Assembly: GCA_003561825.1 (NCBI GenBank)
Contig: PWVO01000017.1
Coordinates: 1-30,512 of the forward strand
Source of the DNA: Candidatus Woesearchaeota archaeon
Lineage (GTDB): Archaea; Nanobdellota; Nanobdellia; Woesearchaeales; CG1-02-33-12
Length of the DNA stretch: 30,512 bases
Reading direction: 5' to 3'
Of this stretch, positions 15,840 through 24,895 are shown piece after piece. The notes under the pieces were generated by a model that saw only the letters and a program-made list of their open reading frames with translations, was not told where the DNA came from and made no database searches. The translations under genes were made by a program, and so were the position numbers. The stretch's first letter is position 1. Each line of letters begins with the position of its first letter.

Positions 15840-16514
15840 ATGAGGTACTCAAAGATTCAGACATTGTATAATCGTGACACCGATGGTAATTTCGGTGTTA
15901 TACCAGGGCAATTTAGATGTGACGAATTTGCCTTGATTAGCAAATGGCTCATTACTGAGAAGATAGATGGGCGCAACCATCGAGTTATGCTGTTTGCAGA
16001 TGGTCATGTAGAACATCGAGGTCGTACTGACCGTGCTCAGTTTGCACCCTTCATGATGGATGCTGCCCAACGGCTGGTAGACAATAACACGTTGCGGACA
16101 GTCATTGAGCAAGATGTCAATGGTGAATGGCCGATGACTATTCTGTATGGCGAGCTTTATGGCCCGAAGATTCAATCGGGCGGGAAGTATTGTGATAATA
16201 TCAGGTTACGCTTATTCGATGTTAGAATTGGTGACTGGTGGCTAAATTACAAAGATGTAGTATCAATATCTGGAAAGCTAAACTTAGGTTATGCGCCCGT
16301 ATTAGCAGTCGAAGCTGATTGGGTTCCTACTTGCAAGGCTGAGCTTTTGGATTTATTTCCATACAATTGCAGTGTAATAAACAAAAGAGAAAATGTTGAA
16401 CCAGAAGGCATCGTAGCTCGCACTGATCCACTCTTACTCAATCGTAGGGGTGAGCGGGTGATGTGGAAGTTGAAGGTCTCAGACTTTAAGGGGAAGGGAC
16501 ACAATTCCAGATGA
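15840..16514 (+). CDS. ATP-dependent RNA ligase, Rnl2-like nucleotidyltransferase domain
   Basis: Motif I TEKIDG, GELYG, LFDV, EGIVAR, WKLK. Confidence 0.85.
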   Translation: MRYSKIQTLYNRDTDGNFGVIPGQFRCDEFALISKWLITEKIDGRNHRVMLFADGHVEHRGRTDRAQFAPFMMDAAQRLVDNNTLRTVIEQDVNGEWPMTILYGELYGPKIQSGGKYCDNIRLRLFDVRIGDWWLNYKDVVSISGKLNLGYAPVLAVEADWVPTCKAELLDLFPYNCSVINKRENVEPEGIVARTDPLLLNRRGERVMWKLKVSDFKGKGHNSR

Positions 16515-16711
16515 TTAAAGTTGGCGAGGTATTATATACGATGAATAATCGTGACGAGTTTACATCAGTTGAGACTCATCACGCAATGATAAGCATTACT
16601 GAGAGGGACAGCGAGACAGTTATAAATATCACATCGTGCACAGAGAAGATAATTGACTTAGTATGGGTAATACCAGATAGGATTGTTACCTGCAAAATAA
16701 GGAGGGAGTGA
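16511..16711 (+). CDS. Hypothetical protein
   Basis: Coupled ORF. Confidence 0.55.
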   Translation: MIKVGEVLYTMNNRDEFTSVETHHAMISITERDSETVINITSCTEKIIDLVWVIPDRIVTCKIRRE

Positions 16712-16714
16712 TGA

Positions 16715-16819
16715 ATGTCCATCCATAGCTGTGGAGACTGTAATACTGCCAAGAGTAATAGATCATTAGAAGAATACAAAAAATGGATAAAGCGAAGCTA
16801 TGAACAGATGTTCACATAG
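16715..16819 (+). pseudogene. HNH endonuclease C-terminal remnant (34 aa)
   Basis: SCGDCNTAKSNRSLEEYKKWIKR matches the CxxCNxxK…E(F/Y)xxWI tail of phage HNH proteins; GGAGGGAG SD. Confidence 0.55.
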
Positions 16820-16825
16820 AAAGGA

Positions 16826-17152
16826 GTGCGTGTGATGTTTGAGAAGAATATACACCCTTATATGGGTGTGAGCTGTGATCACATTAAAGAATTCAGCAAC
16901 GGAAGAAAGTTCAGAATCATTCTTTACTCTGCCTACAACGCGAGAGGGCTTATTGGATGCGAAAACAATGGGATAGCCATTTTGGACGAAGACAATCTCA
17001 TGGTGGTCGTGGACAGCATCGCACAACAAGGAACAGGGTATTTTGGGCCAAGCGAAGAACAGCTTGCAACATTTGATGATCTTATAGATATGGATTGGGA
17101 AGAGTTCAGGCAGGAAGTAAACAAAGCCAGAAGATTAAGGAGACCGATATAA
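16826..17152 (+). CDS. Hypothetical protein
   Basis: AAGGAG SD. Confidence 0.7.
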   Translation: MRVMFEKNIHPYMGVSCDHIKEFSNGRKFRIILYSAYNARGLIGCENNGIAILDEDNLMVVVDSIAQQGTGYFGPSEEQLATFDDLIDMDWEEFRQEVNKARRLRRPI

Positions 17153-17154
17153 CA

Positions 17155-17511
17155 ATGGACTTCATAACAGACTATAAGATGTGTGATGCATGCCTGGCCG
17201 TTATCGCACGGGTGGCCGAGATGTTTCAGGACGATGTGCTAGGAGACACTGATGACCCGGAAGCTCCGCTTATGTATACATCAGATAACTACCTTCTTTG
17301 TGGAGCAACGGCATGCAAGGCAATAACAGATGGAACAAGGCCTTCGTCTGGAGATAGAGTAATGACCAAGTACGGACTTGCTGAAGTAATAGAGTGGGTT
17401 CATGGACTTGGTGAATATGAGCTTAGACTTGTAGATCATCCTCCCTGCTTAGAGTTCACAGACATAGTATATCAACCACCAAGAAACATTAACCCTATAA
17501 AAGGAGAATGA
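17155..17511 (+). CDS. Hypothetical protein
   Basis: AAGGAG SD; CDAC. Confidence 0.65.
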   Translation: MDFITDYKMCDACLAVIARVAEMFQDDVLGDTDDPEAPLMYTSDNYLLCGATACKAITDGTRPSSGDRVMTKYGLAEVIEWVHGLGEYELRLVDHPPCLEFTDIVYQPPRNINPIKGE

Positions 17512-17512
17512 C

Positions 17513-17890
17513 ATGAGTACTGCAGTGCCACCTATGCACACTATAAGCATGAGCGTGCTAGAGATTATTCTTACAGCAATACCGTTTGTTCTTGCTATTG
17601 GACTGCTGGCATTGACATGGAGGCTCAATATAGTTTCAAAGATGTATAGGTTGTCAGCAGAAGTCCTTCGTGTTATGGGGGATACAATAAGGAACATAGC
17701 TGAAGAGGACGAACTCTCAGAAGGACAAAGAATATATATCGTGATGACAGCAAGGTACGTGCTCGACAACTGGGAAGAGACTTATGATTTAGAGGATAGC
17801 TGGAGAAGCTACAAGGAGGCAGAAGATAAGGAACAGTGGGTACATGATAAAGTATACAGCTTATTGAAATTGGAGGAAATACAACAATGA
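17513..17890 (+). CDS. Single-TM membrane protein adjacent to the transglycosylase
   Basis: IILTAIPFVLAIGLLALTW. Confidence 0.65.
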   Translation: MSTAVPPMHTISMSVLEIILTAIPFVLAIGLLALTWRLNIVSKMYRLSAEVLRVMGDTIRNIAEEDELSEGQRIYIVMTARYVLDNWEETYDLEDSWRSYKEAEDKEQWVHDKVYSLLKLEEIQQ

Positions 17891-18459
17891 TTACTCAGAA
17901 GAAAATAAAGATGCTAACAACGGTAGGTATTCTATATGTAATAGTAGCATCCCTGATACTACAGAGACCTAAGGATGCAGGCGCAATATCAGTAGATAAT
18001 GCTGTTGCACCAGAAGTGCAACAAACCGAAATAATAATTGAGAGTATAAACAACAATGAACTATCTCCTTTCTGGTCGTCACAGATAGCGAGATGGAATC
18101 ACTTAATCACGAAAAGGGAATTTGATGCGAACCTTCTTGCTGCAATTATGCATGTCGAAAGCGGTGGCAGGCCAGATGCTATAAGCTCTGCAGGAGCAAC
18201 AGGCTTAATGCAAGTGATGCCTCAAAGCGCAATTGCAGGGAGGCCCACAACACAGCAACTACTTAATCCCGAAGTTAATGTGAATTGGGGAATTAGAATA
18301 TTGAGAGAATATACAGATCAATTTGGTGGCGATATCAGGCTTGGCCTTGGGGCATATTACATGGGGCCGAGCAGGGCTAACACAGATGGCGGTAGATGGT
18401 ACGCGGATAAGGTGTTGAGTTTGTACGCAAGAAGCCTATTGCACCGAGACGACGGCTGA
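17887..18459 (+). CDS. Lytic transglycosylase (SLT domain) with an N-terminal signal/anchor
   Basis: AIMHVESGG, GATGLMQVMP, AYYMGP; hydrophobic N-terminus. Confidence 0.9.
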   Translation: MITQKKIKMLTTVGILYVIVASLILQRPKDAGAISVDNAVAPEVQQTEIIIESINNNELSPFWSSQIARWNHLITKREFDANLLAAIMHVESGGRPDAISSAGATGLMQVMPQSAIAGRPTTQQLLNPEVNVNWGIRILREYTDQFGGDIRLGLGAYYMGPSRANTDGGRWYADKVLSLYARSLLHRDDG

Positions 18460-18515
18460 AAATACATCGTGTTTGATGTAATCAAACCTAGGTAGCATTA
18501 GTTTAAGGAGGGAAT

Positions 18516-18758
18516 ATGAGCAAAACACCAGCAGGAAGAATAACAAAAGGGAAGTACCTTGAGAGCTTCACTGAAGCTTATAGAAAGACTGAGAAGTCAA
18601 AACAATGGTCTGTATACAAACCTGGATTCGTATATGCTATGACTATTGAATTTACAGAGCCACGAACTATTGAGGATGCAATAGATTATTACTTATCCTG
18701 GTCGGGACAGGACGATATGATAGAAGAAATACAGTTTTGGAAAAGCTCATCAGATTAA
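18516..18758 (+). CDS. Hypothetical protein
   Basis: AAGGAGG SD. Confidence 0.7.
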   Translation: MSKTPAGRITKGKYLESFTEAYRKTEKSKQWSVYKPGFVYAMTIEFTEPRTIEDAIDYYLSWSGQDDMIEEIQFWKSSSD

Positions 18759-18770
18759 GGAGGGAGAATA

Positions 18771-19013
18771 ATGCCAGCATTTATAACAACTGTAAAAATT
18801 GTTCACGTCTCAGAAAATGAACAGTCTGCATTTGAACACATTGAGAAATTGTTTAATAGTGTTTATGATGACTACGTACTCGACTGGTGGTATATACAGC
18901 GACCAAGGCGCCATCTGGTTATAGAGATTGAATCTGGATGCGTAAGAGAAGTTTATACTACTGATGGTAGTGCATATACTATTGTTGATCATGATATAAA
19001 AGATGATAGGTAG
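18771..19013 (+). CDS. Hypothetical protein
   Basis: AAGGAGG SD. Confidence 0.7.
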   Translation: MPAFITTVKIVHVSENEQSAFEHIEKLFNSVYDDYVLDWWYIQRPRRHLVIEIESGCVREVYTTDGSAYTIVDHDIKDDR

Positions 19014-19027
19014 CAAGAGGATTGATT

Positions 19028-19315
19028 ATGGATAAGATAAAGAAAAGACTCAGAAGGATATTAGACAGGCATAATCCCGATTGGGACCTAATATGTAATG
19101 AGCCTATAGTAACGTGGTCGGATAATGAGCTTGCAAGTGTAATCGAGATGTTGATTGTTAAAATTGAAACCTTGCAAGAAAGAATAGATCAAATGACACA
19201 AATACAAGACGGACAGGTTCATGTTATGGGATCTGTAGATACAGAATATGCTGAGATTGAAAACGAAGAAGAGAAAATCATAGAAGATTATTGGAAGAAA
19301 GACTGGGGCTACTAG
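19028..19315 (+). CDS. Hypothetical protein
   Basis: AGAGG SD; ATG 19028. Confidence 0.65.
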   Translation: MDKIKKRLRRILDRHNPDWDLICNEPIVTWSDNELASVIEMLIVKIETLQERIDQMTQIQDGQVHVMGSVDTEYAEIENEEEKIIEDYWKKDWGY

Positions 19316-19339
19316 GAGATCGAGATATACTAACCATCT

Positions 19340-19391
19340 AAAAAAGGGGGGGTTGGGTGGAGCTTTATGCTCTGCTCAGCCCCCTTTTTTT
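19340..19391. terminator. Bidirectional intrinsic terminator
   Basis: A6-GGGGGGGTTGGGTGGAGC-tttat-GCTCTGCTCAGCCCCC-T7. Confidence 0.85.
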
Positions 19392-19396
19392 GTGTG

Positions 19397-19507
19397 TGAC
19401 AAATGTCACGGATGACAAATGTCATGGTAAAAATATCCACTCATGACAAATGTCATGGAAAAGAGGTGTGTTCGTAACTACGTACTATATACACATCATG
19501 GTATAAT
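19397..19507 (+). promoter_or_regulatory. Promoter with three TGACAAATGTCA boxes and extended -10 TGGTATAAT
   Basis: Boxes at 19397, 19413, 19444; TATAAT at 19502-19507. Confidence 0.75.
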
Positions 19508-19565
19508 GACCCCATTAGTTAGGCCGCACCCCACTTAACGTACTGCTCAATAAGGAGAAACAAAA

Positions 19566-20627
19566 TTGAGAATCGGATTAGTTTCAAAACTTTGCGCCCA
19601 GCTCAAACCTGGGCTTCCACCTGTACTTTTCGTAGGAAGTACAGGTATAGGAAAGACACAAGCAATAGCTCAAGGAGCCGAGTTGTCTGGAAGAACTCTC
19701 GTAGCCGTTCCCCCTCTTTCTACGATGTTGCCCGAAGATGCTTCAGGAATCCCCATACCTCACAAGGAAGAAGGTGTTGTAGAATTTATGCCACCTGACT
19801 TCTGGAAGATACCTGGGAATGCACTACTGTTCTTAGATGAGTTAAATTTAGCGAGACAGGATGTTTTATGCGCCTTGTGCAGTGTGCTTTGGCCTCTTGC
19901 AGATGGTAAGAGAAAGATTGGAAGTATAAATATTCCAGAGGATACACTTGTTGTATCAGCAGCGATGCCACCATCTAGCGGTGTGACAGTTAGGCAGCTA
20001 CCACACTTTCTGAGATCGAGACTCGCTATCATCTCTGTCGAAAGTCATCTGGATGATTGGATTGTATGGGCGCAGCTTAATCAGTTAGATCCTGCTGTAA
20101 TTGCATTTATCACTAGAAATCCTAACTTGTTAGCTCCCGACCCTCCTAACAGTCAAGAGCTTGAGGCTTTCCCCACGCCAAGAGCATGGCAAGCAGTATC
20201 TGACTCTTTGATCTTTGAGAAGCTTGAGACAGAGCTTTGTGAGCAACGCATAGCAGGACTTGTTGGACCTGGTGCATGCAATGACTTCATGCAATTTAGG
20301 TACAATATGTCGAGATTGCCCGACCCAATCGATGTGATAACAGGAGTAATTGACTTTCCCTCTGAGACTTCGGTGCAAATAGCAACTAGTGCTGCTATTG
20401 CCGAGTACCTATTAACTAATGCAAATGAAGAGCTTGTTAAAATGTATCTCAAAAATTCGTTAGAATGGCCCGCAGAATTGGTAACAGCTTATCAGTTCCC
20501 TGTATTCCAGGCGGCAACACCTAAATGGAGAAGAGATGTTGGACTTGAACTAACTCAGATTAGCGTAAGCAACCCAGAATGGGTTGAAAGATTCAAGTCG
20601 TTATTCTCAGCAATTCACAATGTCTAA
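19566..20627 (+). CDS. MoxR-like (AAA_5) ATPase
   Basis: GSTGIGKT, LLFLDELN, RSR, TPRAW; TTG start with AAGGAG SD. Confidence 0.85.
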   Translation: MRIGLVSKLCAQLKPGLPPVLFVGSTGIGKTQAIAQGAELSGRTLVAVPPLSTMLPEDASGIPIPHKEEGVVEFMPPDFWKIPGNALLFLDELNLARQDVLCALCSVLWPLADGKRKIGSINIPEDTLVVSAAMPPSSGVTVRQLPHFLRSRLAIISVESHLDDWIVWAQLNQLDPAVIAFITRNPNLLAPDPPNSQELEAFPTPRAWQAVSDSLIFEKLETELCEQRIAGLVGPGACNDFMQFRYNMSRLPDPIDVITGVIDFPSETSVQIATSAAIAEYLLTNANEELVKMYLKNSLEWPAELVTAYQFPVFQAATPKWRRDVGLELTQISVSNPEWVERFKSLFSAIHNV

Positions 20628-21372
20628 AAACACTGAGATGCGCCCCGAAATACCCCCCACCCTACTGGTAAATGGAGATAGCATATCTATACTTGATGGA
20701 TTTATAAATTCAGGGATAAAAGCTGACTTAATAATTACTGACCCACCGTATAAAATGACTAGTAGAGGAAACCCCGGTGGTACTGGTGGTATGCTGAAAA
20801 AGAACATTGTGATGTCAGGCCAAGTATTCCAACATAATTATTTAGAGATTGATGACTGGATAGGAAAACTTTATGAGGTACTACAAGAATCAGGGCATTG
20901 TTATATTATGACGAATGATAAGAATCTTAAAGATTATCTAGTTTCAATAGAGAATGCCGGATTTAATGTCTTTAAGACTTTAATATGGGATAAAGTAACT
21001 CCTATAGTAAACATGTATTATATGAACGTACATGAATATATTATTTTCTGTCGTAAAGGTCGTGCGAAGAAAATAAACAACTGTGGTACGAAAAGCATAC
21101 TACAAATACCAAATAATAAACTTAAAGATGACGAAGGGAACAATTTACATGATACCGAAAAACCTGTAGGATTGATGAGAATATTAATTGAGAACTCTTC
21201 AAGAGAAAGAGATTTGGTACTAGATCCATTTATGGGGATCGGTTCTACGGGCGTAGCAGCTATACAGACTAATAGAAGATTTATTGGAATAGAACAATCC
21301 ATTGATTATTGCTTTATAGCTAAAAACAGAATGAATTCGCCGTCGAGTTTAAATCTATTTAAGTGGAGATAA
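20620..21372 (+). CDS. DNA amino-methyltransferase (N6-A/N4-C), beta class
   Basis: TDPPY before HDTEKP and VLDPFMGIGSTG. Confidence 0.9.
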   Translation: MSKNTEMRPEIPPTLLVNGDSISILDGFINSGIKADLIITDPPYKMTSRGNPGGTGGMLKKNIVMSGQVFQHNYLEIDDWIGKLYEVLQESGHCYIMTNDKNLKDYLVSIENAGFNVFKTLIWDKVTPIVNMYYMNVHEYIIFCRKGRAKKINNCGTKSILQIPNNKLKDDEGNNLHDTEKPVGLMRILIENSSRERDLVLDPFMGIGSTGVAAIQTNRRFIGIEQSIDYCFIAKNRMNSPSSLNLFKWR

Positions 21373-21379
21373 AAAAGAA

Positions 21380-21676
21380 ATGTTAGATATAAATGACTTG
21401 CCAGCAGATAAACTAAGAGAAGAAGATTTAATAGGTGGAAGCATGAGTCGTAGAGAGAAGATGAGCTTAATTGAAAGTATTGCGAATGAGTTATCAGATC
21501 CAGACGGCCCATGTCCTGAAGCAGCTTGTGTATTATATGGATTGCTTGCTGTGATGGAAATAGGAGAAGAAATAACCTACATGATTCACTGTGCTACTAT
21601 TACACAGCAATTACAAGAAACACAGAGATGGAAAGAAAGACAAAGAGTTACAAATGTCACTAATACAAATATCTAA
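21380..21676 (+). CDS. Hypothetical protein
   Basis: GGAG SD. Confidence 0.6.
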   Translation: MLDINDLPADKLREEDLIGGSMSRREKMSLIESIANELSDPDGPCPEAACVLYGLLAVMEIGEEITYMIHCATITQQLQETQRWKERQRVTNVTNTNI

Positions 21677-21866
21677 ACTAGGATTACATAAGCTAGAAAA
21701 GCAGTATGAAGATATATGTAGAAAATGCGGAAAAGAAAGGACTCGAGATGAGGAGAGTAAAGTTTCAGAGTATTTTGCTAAGGGGATGTGTCGCCCTTGT
21801 TATTATAAGAAGCTAAAAAAGAAACGCAAGAAAGGATTACACGGAATGCACGGAGATGGAATATAG
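21654..21866 (+). CDS. Small basic zinc-finger protein
   Basis: CRKCG…GMCRPCY, Lys-rich. Confidence 0.55.
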   Translation: MSLIQISKLGLHKLEKQYEDICRKCGKERTRDEESKVSEYFAKGMCRPCYYKKLKKKRKKGLHGMHGDGI

Positions 21867-21874
21867 GTAGTCGA

Positions 21875-22052
21875 TCCGGGCGTAGTAGTTTTTAGTTTTA
21901 ATGTTTCAAGGTTTTTAGGTTTTAAGGTTTAAAGCGTCGTAATAAGATATATACTGTCGCGTTGCGAGTTACTATATATTATATTACGAGGCTTTAAGGA
22001 TTAAAAGTTACAAAGATTCAAAGATTTAAATTATAAACTACTACGCCCCGGA
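21875..22052. repeat. 178-bp concentric imperfect palindrome centred at 21963
   Basis: Outer arms 21878-21891/22035-22048 (14 bp perfect); inner arms 21929-21953/21973-21997 (22 of 25 match); same centre. Confidence 0.85.
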
Positions 22053-22068
22053 CCCAGTTCATACTACA

Positions 22069-22080
22069 TGACACATGTCA
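22069..22080. promoter_or_regulatory. TGACACATGTCA box upstream of the vWA gene
   Basis: Variant of the TGACA-NN-TGTCA palindrome. Confidence 0.6.
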
Positions 22081-22220
22081 CATAGCGCCGTAACGCACGA
22101 GGTAGCTTTCTAACAGGGGCATTTTGCTACATACAATGCGCTATCTAAATCCAACACTCGTCGCTTAGAACGCCACCTAACGCAATCTAAGCCCATTCTA
22201 GAACACAGGTAGGCCCATAT

Positions 22221-23369
22221 ATGACAACACTAACCGAACCCTTAGCAACCAACGTATCCAAAGCCAAAGTTGTACTACTCCGCAGATTTCCGTTCTTCGG
22301 ACATCTTGCTCTTTCTGCACCGGTGCGAGAATCTACATTAGTGTCAACCGCCGGTGTCAGTGGAACTACTATATACATCAATCCAAATTTATTTAATGAT
22401 GCCAGTATACAAGATCAAGTATTTCTTCTAGCACACGAGCTACTACATCTTGCACTACAGCATCAGCCCAGAAAAGGCTGGCGCGAGAAAGTCAAATGGA
22501 ACCTGGCATGCGATATAGTAGTAAACGATATCATCGAAAGCCAGGGTATGCACGTCATGCAATATGCAGTAACTAAACATACCATGTTTGGTGATACTCA
22601 AAGCTCGCTTACTGACGTAGGAATAAACATGGAAGAGCTAAACGCCGAGACCATTTATTCTATGATATCAGGATTTGAAAACATGAATGGACAGCTCGAA
22701 GAGAGTTTTACTGCTCAAGACTTGGTAGACGAGATGGAGGGCGAAAGCGGCGAAAAAATAAATTGGGACTTCCAAATTAAAGCTGCCGCAAAACATGCAC
22801 GATTATCATATGGCGACATGCCAGGATGGATAGAACGCAAGATAGGAATTACGAAACCAAAGCTCGATTGGATTAGTATCCTATCATATTTCGTAGGATC
22901 GGTAAACAATCAAGAAAGATCTTACAGAAGATTATCCAAAAGACATCTATGGCGAGATGCTATCATCCCAAGAAACTCTAACTACGATGCCTTCCTAGCA
23001 ATAGTAATAGACGCCAGCGGGTCTATCACTCCAAAGACATTAAACATGTTCATAAATGAAATTAACAATACAAGCCTGACAATCAATGTGCCCTTCCGTG
23101 TTATAGTGCATGACACAGCCATAACGCTCGACACAATTATGCAGCCTGGTTCTTGTAACATACGATCCATCAAGGGTGGCGGGGGAACAGACTTTATCCC
23201 TGTAATAAACAGCTTAAAAGAAAACCCGCCTGATGGCGTTGTATGGTTAACTGATGGATACGGTAGATACCCAGAAGAACCCCAATTCCCCATCCTATGG
23301 ATTCTTACCAAGCGACATTACGAGCCACCATACGGATGGTCAGTAGTGCTAGATGATGTACGCATATGA
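22221..23369 (+). CDS. DUF2201-type metallopeptidase plus vWA domain protein (MoxR partner)
   Basis: AHELLH (HExxH), IDASGS MIDAS, GGGGTDF, WLTDG. Confidence 0.85.
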   Translation: MTTLTEPLATNVSKAKVVLLRRFPFFGHLALSAPVRESTLVSTAGVSGTTIYINPNLFNDASIQDQVFLLAHELLHLALQHQPRKGWREKVKWNLACDIVVNDIIESQGMHVMQYAVTKHTMFGDTQSSLTDVGINMEELNAETIYSMISGFENMNGQLEESFTAQDLVDEMEGESGEKINWDFQIKAAAKHARLSYGDMPGWIERKIGITKPKLDWISILSYFVGSVNNQERSYRRLSKRHLWRDAIIPRNSNYDAFLAIVIDASGSITPKTLNMFINEINNTSLTINVPFRVIVHDTAITLDTIMQPGSCNIRSIKGGGGTDFIPVINSLKENPPDGVVWLTDGYGRYPEEPQFPILWILTKRHYEPPYGWSVVLDDVRI

Positions 23370-23454
23370 CATTTGTCACGCAAAAACACATGACATTTGT
23401 CACGCCGAAAAGTGACGTATACGACTACGTAAAACACTATACATACCTTATAAT
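23367..23454 (+). promoter_or_regulatory. Promoter with two TGACATTTGTCA boxes and TATAAT
   Basis: Boxes at 23367 and 23391; TATAAT at 23449-23454. Confidence 0.7.
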
Positions 23455-23498
23455 AGAGCCACACCTTTGAACACGAACCCTCTCTAAAGGAGAAAAAG

Positions 23499-23969
23499 AT
23501 GCTTGAAAACATTTGGACAGGACTAAAGAATATTCGGTACTGGCTCCCAGTCATCTGGAGTGATAGAGACTGGGATTATAATTTTCTATTAATAATCCTA
23601 GCGCACAAACTACGCTCTATCCAAGACTTCTTCGAAAGTGACAAAACAATACTCTCTTATGAACACTGTAAAAAAGCAGCGGGCAACGCAAGAGAATGCG
23701 CTATGCTTGCCGAAAGACTTATAGAATACACTTCACAAAATGCAGCATTTGCCGAACATGAAACCAAGTGGGGAAAGTCAGAACTTATTATTGATGATGA
23801 AACACATGAAATACATTTCATATATAAGAGTTTCCCAGACAGAGAGAGTTCTATTAAAGCCTCTAAAGAGCTAAGAGAACTACTTGATAAAGCTCAAGAG
23901 CAAGAAGAAAAAGACAAAAAAGATCTATTCTCTAATCTAAATGAAAACTTATACAGTTGGTGGGATTAA
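23499..23969 (+). CDS. Hypothetical phage protein (W-x-DRDWD motif)
   Basis: AAGGAG SD. Confidence 0.75.
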   Translation: MLENIWTGLKNIRYWLPVIWSDRDWDYNFLLIILAHKLRSIQDFFESDKTILSYEHCKKAAGNARECAMLAERLIEYTSQNAAFAEHETKWGKSELIIDDETHEIHFIYKSFPDRESSIKASKELRELLDKAQEQEEKDKKDLFSNLNENLYSWWD

Positions 23970-23972
23970 TAT

Positions 23973-24623
23973 ATGGTGTTGTTATATAACGATGATTGTA
24001 CTGATATACTAAGACATATGGAAGATAATAGCTTAGATATAATTTTAACAGATCCTCCATACGGAATAGAATATTTAAGTAATCATTATAAAGATGGCAA
24101 CCCCTTTTCAGAAATAATAGGCGACGACGAGTTTCCTGCATATTTAATACCAGAGTTTAAGAGGATAGCAAAGAAAGCAGTATTTGTATTTTGTCGATGG
24201 GATAACTTGATAGAAACAGAAGGGCTAGAAAAACCTAAATCCTTTATTGTTTGGGTGAAAAACAATTGGGGAATGGGAGATTTGCAGCACGAATTTGGAA
24301 GAATGTGGGAAGGGATACTTTTTTATCCCTGTGAAGAACACGAGTTCGAAAAAAGATTACCAGATGCAATCCATTGCGACAGAGTTCCAGCAAGCCAGTT
24401 AGTACACCCAACACAAAAACCCGTACCATTGTTAGAGCAATTAATACGTAACAATTCAAAACCAGGAGACACGGTGCTAGATCCGTTTATGGGGTCGGGA
24501 AGCACAGGTGTAGCATGTGTACGGTCTGGCAGAAACTTTATCGGAATAGAAATAGATGAAACCTACTTTGATACAGCCGAAAAAGAAATTAAGAAAGCAC
24601 AAAACCAATTGAGTCTACTATGA
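23973..24623 (+). CDS. DNA amino-methyltransferase (N6-A/N4-C), beta class
   Basis: TDPPY, HPTQKP, VLDPFMGSGSTG. Confidence 0.9.
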   Translation: MVLLYNDDCTDILRHMEDNSLDIILTDPPYGIEYLSNHYKDGNPFSEIIGDDEFPAYLIPEFKRIAKKAVFVFCRWDNLIETEGLEKPKSFIVWVKNNWGMGDLQHEFGRMWEGILFYPCEEHEFEKRLPDAIHCDRVPASQLVHPTQKPVPLLEQLIRNNSKPGDTVLDPFMGSGSTGVACVRSGRNFIGIEIDETYFDTAEKEIKKAQNQLSLL

Positions 24624-24895
24624 TTTACACTATAGGTTACGCAGAACATTACGAGAAACAATTTAAAGAAAGCGAAGCACAAGGCAAACCTCTCATAAAA
24701 ATAGGGCGCACCATAGATTACAATGGCGGGTCTGTCTGGCGCACACGCGAAGAAGCACAAAGCTACTTAGACGGACGGGGCATGCATGAATACTCTGTAT
24801 ACGGAGTCCTGGCTGATTGGGACAGGGATACAGAAGGAAACAAATATCATTCATTCAATAATTTATTAGTTAATTCGGAGTTAGTAAAGATTTAA
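24620..24895 (+). CDS. Hypothetical protein
   Basis: ATGA coupled. Confidence 0.7.
   Translation: MIYTIGYAEHYEKQFKESEAQGKPLIKIGRTIDYNGGSVWRTREEAQSYLDGRGMHEYSVYGVLADWDRDTEGNKYHSFNNLLVNSELVKI

Noticed and set aside
19397-19455. TGACAAATGTCA repeats as a CRISPR array
   Set aside because: Only 12-14 bp long, with irregular 4-19 bp gaps, dispersed over four loci and no cas genes; they fit operator sites
21970-21997. XerCD dif site
   Set aside because: TATATTAT resembles part of dif, but the XerD arm (TTATGTTAAAT-like) does not match
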